63,804 nucleotides of DNA, filler included, from Octopus bimaculoides (GCF_001194135.2; 10 parts of 9 records of this genome joined end to end with filler, not necessarily neighbours in it), one strand, 5' to 3'; positions 38,346 to 50,683 are shown, counted from the first letter of the whole stretch. The notes: generated by a model not told the origin, from the letters alone. Numbers and translations: made by a program.

Positions 38346-39271
38346 TTGTGTCATCCCATAAATAATGCGTTCTTTTTTCAATTGTATGAACCAAAAATCA
38401 GAGGGAGACCGGATAAATTACCTGTATCAACTTGCTATAGAAGCAGGTAGTAATTTTATCTTGTCCTTATTCTTAGTGGAAGTTTTGAAGAGTGTAGTTT
38501 GATTTCAACAGTTATTTTTTCAAAGCTATAATCGAAGTGACAAAGGAGCATATTCAGCATATTTTGCTTTATGAGTTCAATAAAGGCAACAATGCTATAG
38601 AAAGTGTGAGGGATATCAATGCAGTATATGGGGATTGGACAATAAGCATAAGCCAGTGTCAACAGTGGTTCCAGAAATTCCCTGCTGGAAACTACAGCCT
38701 ACAAGATGAGCCTCATCCTGGAACATCTGTAGAGCTCGATGATGACATCCTACAAACCCTGGTGGAACAAAATCCCATTGTAACTATTGAAGAACTAGCA
38801 GAGAAGCTTGGATTTGGTCATTCAACCAGTCATTTAAGTCAGTGCTAGAAGAAAAACGACCATCTTTGGTTTCAAGACAAAAGGTGTTCTTCCATCAGAA
38901 CAATGCTTGGCCACATACAGTGAGGATGACATTCCAAAGGCTGAAGCAGTGTGAATGGGAAATGATGCCCCACCCACCATATTCGCTGGACATTGCCCCA
39001 TCTGATTATCATTTATTCCGCAGTCTTCAAAATCATTTGGACGGAAAAAAGATGAATTCTGTAGACAAGGTCAAAACAGTACTTGAGAAGTATTTTTTGT
39101 CACGGACAAGTGAATTTTGGAAGAGGGACCTTGCAAGTCTAGCAGATAAATAGAAGAATATTGTAGAAAAGGAAGGAGAGTATATTTTAGATTAAAGAAG
39201 AACTTTATTTATCCAAATTTTGAAAAATATAAGAAGTATTAAAATACCGGATTATTTATGGTATGACACAA
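38346..39271 (+). mobile_element. Internally deleted mariner (926 bp)
   Basis: TA|TTGTGTCATCCCATAAATAATGCG..CCGGATTATTTATGGTATGACACAA|TA. N-terminal HTH region (TKEHIQHILLYEFNKG) is joined directly to HQNNAWPH..HPPYSLDIAPSDYHLF. Confidence 0.92.
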
Positions 39272-39273
39272 TA

Positions 39274-42200
39274 TGATGGCCATCCACTCGTGACCGAGAA
39301 AGACCATTGCCGACCTTCAGGAACATTGTGCGCTCTAGGACTAACTTATATTTTGCATTTACGGCTCCGTTGGTGGCTAATGAGTCCTGCTCTTGACAAG
39401 CATACACGACTGCAAACATTGCAGACCAAGCTTTCCCCATTCACTATACGAGCCGTGTGCTTTCGCGCAGCTCGCTTAAGTTCTTCATGCTGGATACGTG
39501 ATCTCTCAAAAGTATCGATCCCCTCCTTAACCTGCTTCCTCCATCCGTGGCGATGACAGGCATTGTTCTCCCAGTCAATGTCCTGCATATCACAGGCCTT
39601 TAATGAGGACTTGACACAGTCCTTAAATCGCAGCCTTGCTTTCTGCCGGAGTCTCCTTCCATTCACAAGTTCTCCATATAGCATCTTCTAATAAGGTGTC
39701 CAGCCCAACGCAACCGGTGCTTGTGCACCATCGCCTCAATACTCAAGATATCAGCTGCCCTCAGGACCTGTGTGTCTGGAATTTTTGAGGTCCAGCCAAC
39801 ATTGAGAATGTGCCTGAGACATCTCTGATGAAAGCGTTCAAGGACCCTTACCTGACGTTTGTACAGAGTCCCTGTCTCACATGAGTAGAGTAGCGATGTC
39901 AGTACACATGCACGGTACACAGCAACTTTTGTTTGCCTTGCTATGCCATGCTGGTACCAGTCACGAGACTGAAGAGACCGGAAGGAATTAGTTGCTCTCT
40001 GCAACCTGAAAGATATTTCCTCATCCAGGGAGCAAAAGCGGCTGAAGTGCTGCCNNNNNNNNNNNNNNNNNNNNNNNNNNNNNNNNNNNNNNNNNNNNNN
40101 NNNNNNNNNNNNNNNNNNNNNNNNNNNNNNNNNNNNNNNNNNNNNNNNNNNNNNNNNNNNNNNNNNNNNNNNNNNNNNNNNNNNNNNNNNNNNNNNNNNN
40201 NNNNNNNNNNNNNNNNNNNNNNNNNNNNNNNNNNNNNNNNNNNNNNNNNNNNNNNNNNNNNNNNNNNNNNNNNNNNNNNNNNNNNNNNNNNNNNNNNNNN
40301 NNNNNNNNNNNNNNNNNNNNNNNNNNNNNNNNNNNNNNNNNNNNNNNNNNNNNNNNNNNNNNNNNNNNNNNNNNNNNNNNNNNNNNNNNNNNNNNNNNNN
40401 NNNNNNNNNNNNNNNNNNNNNNNNNNNNNNNNNNNNNNNNNNNNNNNNNNNNNNNNNNNNNNNNNNNNNNNNNNNNNNNNNNNNNNNNNNNNNNNNNNNN
40501 NNNNNNNNNNNNNNNNNNNNNNNNNNNNNNNNNNNNNNNNNNNNNNNNNNNNNNNNNNNNNNNNNNNNNNNNNNNNNNNNNNNNNNNNNNNNNNNNNNNN
40601 NNNNNNNNNNNNNNNNNNNNNNNNNNNNNNNNNNNNNNNNNNNNNNNNNNNNNNNNNNNNNNNNNNNNNNNNNNNNNNNNNNNNNNNNNNNNNNNNNNNN
40701 NNNNNNNNNNNNNNNNNNNNNNNNNNNNNNNNNNNNNNNNNNNNNNNNNNNNNNNNNNNNNNNNNNNNNNNNNNNNNNNNNNNNNNNNNNNNNNNNNNNN
40801 NNNNNNNNNNNNNNNNNNNNNNNNNNNNNNNNNNNNNNNNNNNNNNNNNNNNNNNNNNNNNNNNNNNNNNNNNNNNNNNNNNNNNNNNNNNNNNNNNNNN
40901 NNNNNNNNNNNNNNNNNNNNNNNNNNNNNNNNNNNNNNNNNNNNATTTACGAGACATCCATTCAGACGGGTAAGAAGAATATTTGCCAGAACCTTGCCAG
41001 CAGCTGATAGTAGAGCAATACCTCTGTAGTTACCACACATTGTTCTGGTTCTTTTCCTTTATATAGAGGAAGAATAATTGCATCCTTCCAGTCCTTAGAG
41101 ATTGCACCGCCTCTCCAGACTGCACTAATAAGTTCATGAAGGGACTGTGTGATGTAATTACCACCAAATCGCAAGACCTCAGCACAAATTCCATCCTTCC
41201 TAGGTGCCCTACCAAGATTCAATTTACTTATTGATGTCATTACTTCATCTACTGAGGGCGATGAGTCTAAGGGGCCAATGATAGGTCTTTGTTGCATCAT
41301 TCACAATTGACTCATGGTTTAGGAGTTCAGAGAATGTTCGATCCAGCGACCTGTGATTTCTATTGATTTAGTAAACAGGGTGGAAGAATCATTGGAAAGC
41401 AAAGGAGCTGATATCGAGCTCTTAGGTCCATAAGCTCGCTTCATAAGATGGTAAAGCTTCCTGCTGTCATTTGCATCAGCAGCAGCCTGAACATCACGAG
41501 TAAGATCATCCCACCAAGTGTTCTGCATCTTCCTGAGAGATCGCTGCAGTAGTGATTTTACACTATTACAGTGGGCAAGTGCTAGACTTTGCTGCACAGT
41601 AGACAGTTCTCTGTGTAGCAATACACTGTGAGCATGGCACTTTACCACAAATAGTCGCTGAACTTCAGCATCATTCACGTCAAACCAGTCTCTGTGTCTG
41701 GCAGTAACATATCCCAGGGTTTAGAACCTGGTCTCGAAAGTCCTCCCAAGCTGCAGCAGTTTCAACGCTGGACAAGCGAGTTTGAAGTTCTTTCCTAATC
41801 ACAACAACATATACCTTGTGGACATTTAGACAGCGAGGAATACTGACTGGTCCTCTTCTCTCTTTCACTCTAATTATCATTCGGAACCTTGCTCGCGCCA
41901 GACTGTGGTCTGTCCAGCATTCTGATCCATGGAAGGACTTGACATTACAAATGTCATAAATGTCGCGCTTGCGGATGATGACATAATCCAGCAAGTGCCA
42001 AACTTTGGACCTTGGATGCATCCATGTTGTTGTGTGATCACCTTTGTGCATAAAATGAGTGCTTGCGATGTAAAGTCCATGTTCTTCGCAAAGCTCCAGT
42101 AGCATGAGACCATTGCTATTCATTTTTCCCTACTCCAAAACGTCCTAGAGAGTTCCATGTTTGTCAGTCTGTTCCAACTCTGGCATTAAAATCCCCCAGT

Positions 42201-42980
42201 AGAATGACTTTATTAGAATTGGAGATTTTTCTAAGTATGGCTCTCAGCTGGGTATAAAAGATTGTTTTATCTTCATCACAGCTAGTCAAAGTATGTGCAC
42301 AGGCACTTATTAGAGTAGCAAACCGCTTACCTTTCAAGTGCAACCGTAGCGTCATTATACGTTCATTTATAGGAACAGGGAGCTCTTCCAACTTCTTAAG
42401 GATATCAGATCGGACTGCAAAACCAGCACCAGCCTCTCTGTGCTCCTCCTTTTGCCTTTCGTTCCAAAAAAGGTGTATCCACCTCCTACTTCCTCAAGCT
42501 GACCATCACCTTCTATACGAGTCTCTGAGAGCGCAGCTATATCAATTTTATAGCGGTTCAGCTGACGAGCAACAAGTGCAGTGCGTCTTTCAGGCCTACA
42601 ATCACTCTTATTGTCCAATAGAGTGCGCATATTCCAACATGAAATGTTTAAGTTCCGTCCAGATTTCATAAATAAAAGACTTTGTTTTTCGAGCGCAGGG
42701 TGGACATTCGTCAATCGCGCTAAACTGACCAGATATGGAAAGACAGGCAATTTTTCGTTCACCCTTTCTAGAACCTCCCCGGTCTTCGGGTGAGCAGTGC
42801 CCCCTCCAAATTGAGCTGCTCAGACACCGATGCAGCAACCGAATCCTACCGCTGTCTTGGGCGACAAGGAGACGACTTCATATCTAGCATGGGCCGCCTA
42901 CGTGCAGGTCGCTGACTACATGCTTCCAACCCATCAGGTCTGCATGCTTCACCACCTTCCCATCGCCGCAGGACTTCCGA
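39274..42980 (-). mobile_element. RTE-clade LINE, near full length; most of the RT falls in gap 40055-40944
   Basis: Endonuclease SCWNMRTLLD..RRTALVARQL..IDIAALSETR..VILLGDFNARVG..WHLLDYVI..DHSL; NYRGIALLSAAGKVLANIL; C-terminal LLYSCET..RFHQRCLRHIL..RLRWAGH..MLYGEL..RFKD and terminal CNVC..GLISH finger. Confidence 0.93.
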
Positions 42981-43289
42981 ATAAAAACAAAAATAAAAAT
43001 ATATACTAAAAATGAAGAAAATATATACTAAAAATAAGATAAATATATACTAAAGATAAAATATATATAAAAAAGAAACGCACATGTCGAGCAGAGGTCG
43101 GCAATGCCTGTACTGAGTTTTAAGTCCAATGAGGCTTGCACAACACCTCATAGACCCTCTCCACTTTATTGACATTATCCAGAGACAAGCCGGAGCAAGA
43201 TGTCTGGTGCCAATATAAGTCGCAGGCTCAGAAATGTGAGAGCGCTGTGATCTCTAGCACAAATCAAAGATCCCCAAAATGTCCCATGC

Positions 43290-43652
43290 CATTCCCTGCA
43301 TATTTGGTTTTATATTAGAGTGACCTTCTCCTAGAGACATGCTTCAACAAATGCTGAGGGGCGCCTCACTCCCAGTGGTCTTCCAGCACGCCGGACACCA
43401 TCTCGGAATTTCTGTATACCCGTGCTATTGCTAGATAGCCGTTGAGCCTGCACTAGGTCCATCCGAGCTTTCAACAGGTCTTGTTTTTAATCCTGCTGGG
43501 TTTATAGCAACCCTCCTCACCAGGGTAGCCTAGTGGGGGTGCCAGTTTAGTCGCCGGCAACCCGACCATGCAACAGGTTGTACTGGATTATATGTTACCA
43601 GTAGCACTTATGAGAGCCTCATATGTGACCAGACATAATGACCCAAAATACA
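43290..43652 (-). mobile_element. RTE-type 5'UTR-like GC-richer segment
   Basis: Minus strand carries GGTTGCCGGCGACTAAACTGGCACC and ..TCTCTAGGAGAAGG, motifs I recall from RTE 5' UTRs. It may be the upstream part of the 39274-42980 element or a second copy. Confidence 0.4.
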
Positions 43653-44036
43653 TACATACATACATGCATACATACATATATTAACAAGGTGTGCTGATAA
43701 GGCAGTGGTACAACATTTTAGTTATAATTTCTACCCCACTAATAAATAACATACATGATATTTAAGTATCACGCTTCCTAAATGCCTTCTTTCCGCATCA
43801 TTATCCTCTTCCTTTTCTTTCACCTTATGATCCTTTTCCTCATCATCATTGTCATCTCATTCTTGTTACCACCACTAACATTGCTACAACTACTGCCAAA
43901 GCTGCCACTACCACTGTTATCATTATCACCATCATTGTTAATTTTATCATTATTTTTCAATGTCTGTGTGTCATACCATAATGAATATGTTTGCTGGGGT
44001 TTTCTGTACTGTACATACATACATACATACATACAT

Positions 44037-44071
<35 letters not shown>

Positions 44072-44124
44072 TACATACATACATACATACATACATACAT
44101 ACATACATACATACATACAGGCAT

Positions 44125-45810
44125 ACATAAAACCTTTGACTCTGTCATTTATGTAAAGGAAGTTTCACTGGTTCACAAGGAAACAGAAATACCAAAATTA
44201 CACACTGTTTCTTTGTGGATGACTTGAAACTTTATGCAAAGAATATTCATGAAATGAAAAAGAGCCTTGACCTAGTTACAACTTTCTCAAAGGATGTAGG
44301 GTTGGAGTCTGATCAGGATAAATGTCGTTGTATGGTTGTGAAAAGGGGGAAAATTGTAAACCAGACTAGCAACATCTCCATCAATGACTAGACTGTTTCC
44401 CCTATATCTGATAAGGAATGTTACAGGTATCTAAGGGTGAATGAAAGCATATCTTACACTGGCACCTGTAACAAAGCACGTGTCACTAAAGAATATTACA
44501 GTTGAATAAAGAAAACCTGAACCTCAGAACTCTCTGCATTCAATAAAACAATGGCCTACAATGTGTTTGCAGTGCCAGTACTCATACCAACATTTGGGTT
44601 GTTTGATTGGACGCTTGATGAGATCCGAGCCATTGATGTAAAAACCCAAAAAATACTAACAAGTACACATAATTTCCACATAAACAGTGACATAGACCGC
44701 CTCTACCTAAAACGAAACAAAGTGGCAGAGGTTTAACAGTGATCCAAAATGCCTTCAGCAACATCTTTTAACCTCCAAGTATCGAACTGCACCCCTTGAC
44801 CAAGTTTGTATACATGAGGCTGATAACATCATAAGACTTGGAAGGCAGCTCTTTGAGCAACATTACTTATCTGATAACCTTAAATATATGCTCTAAAAAG
44901 TCACACAATTCTACTGCAATGTATCATCAGATGAAAGGATGAGCATATATGAGCAGAAGACTATGCATGGATATGTTAGAAGAAACCTATGAGATGATAG
45001 TCACATTGATCATCAAAACAGTCTATCATGGACCAATTGCCAGATTACTACCTCCCACTCTGAAGGGTATGTGTCTGCAATCCATGAACAGGAAATATCA
45101 ACCAAATATCTGATGCACAAAAGGGACAGAGATGCAGGAAAAGCAGCAAAATGTGACAACTGATACAGATTTCATGGAGTTAACACCAAAGATATCATCC
45201 ACATCATAAAGAGTTGTCATCACATATGTCATCACAATATTATCTACCAATGAGACATAATATAGCTAGGACACTGTATAATGAGATCCGTCGAAAGGAT
45301 CCAAGGACAAAGAAATAAAAAACCACAGTATGATAGAAGCCATAGCCACTCATAATATAAAAGAGTACTGGTGGAATGTCCCAGTGAAAACCTTAATAAA
45401 ATGTAAGCACAATAGACCTGATATAATGATTTGGAATAGAGAAGAGAAACTATGTAACACTTATGGAAATCAGCTGCCAAGCAGATGTTAGCATAAAGCT
45501 AAAGATAAGTGAAAAAGAAAATACCTATGCTGAACTATTGAGAAATTTGCAATTACTCTATCCAGATTACAAGTTCAGGTCTATACCTGTAATTATTGGA
45601 GCCCTGGGATATGTAATGTTGAGAAATTAAATACCAATCCTGAGAAATTTGGCTTCTCAAAACCAGAAAGGAGAAAGCTAATTCGAAGACTACAGATCCA
45701 ATCCAGCACTGGAACTGTAAAAATCTGTAAAACTTTCCAAGCCTTGAATCTAGGTTAGAAACCAACTTTTTTCTCTGTTGGCAAGAAATCTTGAAATAAA
45801 GCTGAATAAT
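44125..45810 (+). mobile_element. 5'-truncated R4/Dong-type RLE LINE (RT to RLE), decayed
   Basis: HKTFDSV, ITHCFFVDDLKLYA, KCR..YRYL, AYNVFAVPVL..IDVKTQKIL..DIDRLYLKR, YYLPMRHNIA, RPDIMIW..EISC..IIGALGY..GTVKICKTF. 3' UTR ends ..CTTGAAATAAAGCTGAATAA. Confidence 0.85.
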
Positions 45811-46274
45811 GACATACATAAATACACACACACATACATACAGCAAATATGTCACTGCTCATTACAATATATTATTGTCCCATATCTTACTCTCACCCAA
45901 CATTCACCCATCAACTCTTTAATAACAACATGCTTCCTATGTTTGTTTTTTCACTCTCCACTTATATAACATCTATTTCCCATTGCAATCATGTTTCTGA
46001 TATACAATACAATTGATGTCTTAATGATCAGCTGCCTACCTCCCACTTTTTCATTCTATCTCTCTGTATTTCACTTACACTTCCCATTTCTCTTTTCTCA
46101 ACAAATTAACTGTGTACAACTAATGGAATGGCAAATTCTTGAGTTCTGTCTCTCCCACTGCACAGTCTTCATTACTATTATTAACATCTCAATATCACGT
46201 TGCATCATTCCATTTCTTACTCTTATTTTACAATGTTTGCCCCTCTAGTATGAGAGTGGAAGGTCATTTATTAT

Positions 46275-46470
46275 AGCTACTGTTGATGTGGTTGGTCAGA
46301 CTTATAGTAAAAAAACTCTAGCCTTCACAATTCCATCTTTTGTTCTAGCATAGTCTATCTAAGATCTCATTGCTCAAAATGTCCTCCCCCTTTTTAATAA
46401 TGCTAAGATGTGATATGAGGGATATTTGGCTTTTATTTCTAACAGACCAAGCAATCACATAGACATGGAG
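46275..46470 (-). mobile_element. Degenerate SINE-like family D copy
   Basis: TGTGATATGAGGGATATTTGGCTTTTATTTCTAACAGACCAAGCAATCAC parallels 51021-51070. Confidence 0.55.
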
Positions 46471-46626
46471 TCTTACTCATTGCCTAATTTTTAGTGTTTC
46501 AGTTGTTATTTTAATCTGTAAGTCAGCATCGTTTATATAACTCAATGATTATTGGACTCAGTCATCTTTACTTAAATACAGTGTATTTACGATTATGTTA
46601 GCCGAATGCGTCTCCTTTTTAAAAAT

Positions 46627-46947
46627 ACCATTGGAAGTAGTTTGGGGAAGGTTTGGCAGATGGAGTAGCCATGTATAAGCCTAAATTTGCTGTCTAGAGA
46701 AGGAACAGCTATTTAAATTTGCATGATCCCTGTCATAGATATGGTATTTCTTCTACATGATAATGTAAACTAATGTGTTTGACTTGTCCAGTTAAACACA
46801 TTAGTTTACATTATCATGTAGAAGAAATACCATATTTATGACAGGGATCATGCAAATTTAAATAGCTGTTCCTTCTTTAGACAGCAAATTTAGGCTTATA
46901 CATGGCTACTCCATCTGCCAAACCTTCCCCAAACTACTTCCAATGGT
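46627..46947. repeat. Near-perfect 321-bp palindrome (158-bp arms, 5-nt loop TGTCC)
   Basis: 46627-46784 is the reverse complement of 46790-46947 with three mismatches. Confidence 0.97.
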
Positions 46948-47149
46948 GGATTGAAAGCCAAAATGCTTTGTGATGTACTTACATCAATTTACATTCTAAG
47001 ATCAAATTCTGCTGAGGCCATCTTTATCTTTCATTCTTCTAAGGTCAAGGAAGTGTCAAACATCTACTGAGATTGATTTAATCAGCTGCTTCATCCATCC
47101 AAAATGTGTGGCTCAGTACCAATTTTGAAAAAATATATAATAATTAATC

Positions 47150-47621
47150 ATCATCACCATCATCATCGTATAACGTCCGCTTTCCATGCTAGCATGGGTT
47201 GGACGATTTGACTGAGGACTGGTGAAACCGGATGGCAACACCAGCCTCCAATCTGATTTGGCAGAGTTCCTACAGCTGGATGCCCTTCCTAACGCCAACC
47301 ACTCAGAGAGTGTAGTGGGTGCTTTTACGTGTCACCCGCACGAAGGCCAGTCAGGCGGTACTGGCAATGGCCACGCTCAAAATGGTGTATTTTATGTGCC
47401 ACCTGCACAGGAGCCAGTCCAGGGGCACTGGCAACGCCAGGAAGGCGGCGCTGGGCACAGGTGCTATCCCGATTTCACTATTCGCTTGCCCCAATAAGTC
47501 TTCGCAAGCTGAGTTTCGTGTCCAATGAAGGAGACGACGTTGACACGGGCGCCAGTCGTCAAATTTAGTTCGATTTCACTTGCCTCAACAAGTCTTCGCA
47601 AGCGGAGTTTAGTGTCCAATG
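47150..47621 (-). mobile_element. SINE-like family C copy with (GAT)n tail and internal tandem modules
   Basis: Nearly identical to 56176-56413 (CGTCCGCTTTCCATGCTAGCATGGGTTGGACG..GGATGCCCTTCCTAACGCCAACC). Runs into a gap. Confidence 0.85.
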
Positions 47622-47803
47622 NNNNNNNNNNNNNNNNNNNNNNNNNNNNNNNNNNNNNNNNNNNNTTAATTAATTAANNNNNNNNNNNNNNNNNNNNNNN
47701 NNNNNNNNNNNNNNNNNNNNNTAATAATAATAATAATAATAACAACAACAACAACAACATCGAAAATACCTAAGGAATGAGAACGCAGGTTCGAAATTTC
47801 CCC

Positions 47804-47851
47804 AAGACACCTGATGAAGGCTAGAGGGTATATCAGCCAAAATGTTGTGTT
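47804..47851 (+). ncRNA. Minimal type-I hammerhead-ribozyme-like motif (CpG-decayed) in repeat family E (47755-47910)
   Basis: GACAC-CTGATGA-A-GGCTA..CAGCC-AAAA-TGTT-GTGTT. Stem I is GACAC/GTGTT and stem II is GGCT/AGCC. Two CpG transitions would restore GAAAC-GTT. Confidence 0.6.
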
Positions 47852-47914
47852 AATAACAAACAAGATGAGGACAATTACCCGTCAAATGTAAATAATGTAA
47901 ATAATGTACCACAG

Positions 47915-48352
47915 AATATGTTTGTCAGTTGTTTGACTTTAACCAGTTGAGCATGTCCTTTGGTGACTGACGATATGTGCTTCTCTGATCATGAGCAGAA
48001 GTAGTGAGGATGCATCATAGTCATGTGTTGTGAGGAATCCTTTGAAGTCTAAATGATTCACCTCTGGAAACATAGGTGTTTCATTCAACATCCTTAAAGA
48101 ACCCTTATTGAAGGACCATTTGAGCGGATTGGGCTAATCGACCTGAGGAAAATTCTAACTGGGCCCCACTTGCAAAGTCATGCGCTATTTATTTCGATAT
48201 CAGATCACCATATCGCACACATATAATTGTGACGCATGTACCTGGCGTACCCGTATCACACAGGTATTCGTGGTGAGTATACTGGTGCTCATATATGTTA
48301 CCCCAGTGTCACTTTGACGGCATGCACTTTTCTCTCATCCAATAATAATAAT
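47915..48352 (+). mobile_element. Probable LINE 3'-end-derived repeat ending in (AAT)n
   Basis: GC-richer block ending GTCACTTTGACGGCATGCAC..CAATAATAATAATAA. The family is recalled as common; no protein motif was recognised. Confidence 0.35.
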
Positions 48353-48424
48353 AAAAATGTCAATATGTTGGTGTGTGACTTTTGGCCCACTCTCTTTATA
48401 TAAATATTGATATATACACGTGTG

Positions 48425-48472
<48 letters not shown>

Positions 48473-49354
48473 CGTAAATATGCATTTGTGTTTATGAATA
48501 TATATATCTGTGTATGTGGGGGGGAGGGCAATGCTTTCACGCTATACAGATCTAGGTGTACGTACCTTCGTGTGAATGCACTAACTCATCACTAGAATGG
48601 AACCGAGAGAATCGAAAGGTAAGTTTAATACAGACGTAGAGAGAAGGAGAGAGAAAAACCGAGAGGGTGTAAGGGACGAAGGAAGAGAAGGGAAAACAGA
48701 GAGGGAGGCAATGATAGAATGTGATAGGTGAAAGGAAAAGACAAAACATCATCTGAACAATACATTTCTCCGTTCATGAAGGTGACAGACACACGATACG
48801 CGTGCGCGTGCGCAAACATAGATACGGTTATAGGATATGCATACAACCCTATATGAATAGTATATATACACACATATATATATATATANNNNNNNNNNNN
48901 NNNNNNNNNNNNNNNNNNNNNNNNNNNNNNNNTTAATTAATTAANNNNNNNNNNNNNNNNNNNNNNNNNNNNNNNNNNNNNNNNNNNNAATAGAAAAGCT
49001 ATTTTGTACTGGTTAAGAAATATTGTTTAATTAAATGTTAGGAATGTTTAATAAGCTCACAGCTGTTAGTCATTTAGTCTAAATAGTTTAAATATGTTAC
49101 TTTAATAAAATCGTGTTTTACGAATTCAGAATTCTGTTTATCGTACGAAAAATGGAATAGTAGCGAAAATTATGACAAATCTCTCTCGTTTTTTTTTTCT
49201 TTTACTTCTTTTTGTTCATCCTGGTTCATGAAGAATTAAGATGTAAAGCGAAAGCCGAAGAAAAAGGAATAATCTGGATTCTCTGAATGTGTGTGTGTGT
49301 GAGTGTGTGTGTGTGTGTGCGCGTGTGCACACATACATACATATATACATACAA

Positions 49355-49428
<74 letters not shown>

Positions 49429-49588
49429 TATATGTAATATATATGAGTGTGTGCGGTGCATGTGTGAATTATGTAGATATGCATGTATGTAATTGTATAT
49501 GATATATATATATATATATATGTGTGTGCGTGTGTGTGTGTGTACACAAATATATATATATACAGACGCACACACACACACACGCATA

Positions 49589-49621
<33 letters not shown>

Positions 49622-49696
49622 GTGGAGAGAGAGGGGGGTGAAAGAGAGAGAGAGAGAAGAGGGACCGCTGGCAAACTGAAGAGAAATGGGAAAATA

Positions 49697-49808
49697 GAAG
49701 AAGAAGAAGAAGAAGAAGAAGAAGAAGAAGAAGAAGAAGAAGAAGAAGAAGAAGAAGAAGAAGAAGAAGAAGAAGAAGAAGAAGAAGAAGAAGAAGAAGA
49801 AGAAGAAG

Positions 49809-49840
<32 letters not shown>
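49697..49840. repeat. Compound trinucleotide microsatellite (GAA)~38(CAA)~10
   Basis: Read directly from the sequence. Confidence 0.95.
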
Positions 49841-50194
49841 AAAGTATAACAACAGCAGTGAATATAAGATGGAGAGTAAAGATTTCCGATTTGTGTTAGA
49901 CAACAATAAAACTTGTCAGAAAAACGTAATGGTCCGGAATTATGTCAAGACTTCTGTATATTTTGTCCATTCTTTAGAAATGGCAGTAAAAATGGAAGAA
50001 GGAGAAGAATGGCAGAGAGAAAACGGTAAAGGAATGGGTAGACTGGAGGACAATAAGAACGAGGATATTGTGTGTCTGTTGTGAAAACTGACATAACGAA
50101 GATGAAAAGTTTGTTTTGTCAGAAAGGCAGACGACAACTCTGGAGTGAGAAATCAATAACAGACAAGAGAATTCTACAAACGATAAATAAATAG

Positions 50195-50235
<41 letters not shown>

Positions 50236-50598
50236 TTATTATTATTATTATTATTATCTTTATCATTATTACGATAATGATTTCTTTTCTTTTCCATCAG
50301 GGAGACGAATGAGAAGGACAATACAAAAATAAACTTAAGGAATGAGACTTTACATGGAATGGAATGGTATACACACACATACATAAGCACACACACACAC
50401 ACACACACACTCACATACATATATATAAAGGAAAAAGAAAAGAAAATAATTCTTTCAACTGTAGGCACAAGGCCTGAAATTTTGCGTTAAGACGATTANN
50501 NNNNNNNNNNNNNNNNNNNNNNNNNNNNNNNNNNNNNNNNNNTTAATTAATTAANNNNNNNNNNNNNNNNNNNNNNNNNNNNNNNNNNNNNNNNNNNN

Positions 50599-50683
50599 GC
50601 CTGGTGTTGCCATCCGGTTTCACCAGTCCTCAGTCAAATCGTCCAACCCATGCTAGCATGGAAAGCGGACGTTAAACGATGAT
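50599..50683 (+). mobile_element. 3' end of SINE-like family C
   Basis: Reverse complement of 56196-56275; ends GCGGACGTTAAACGATGAT. Confidence 0.85.
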
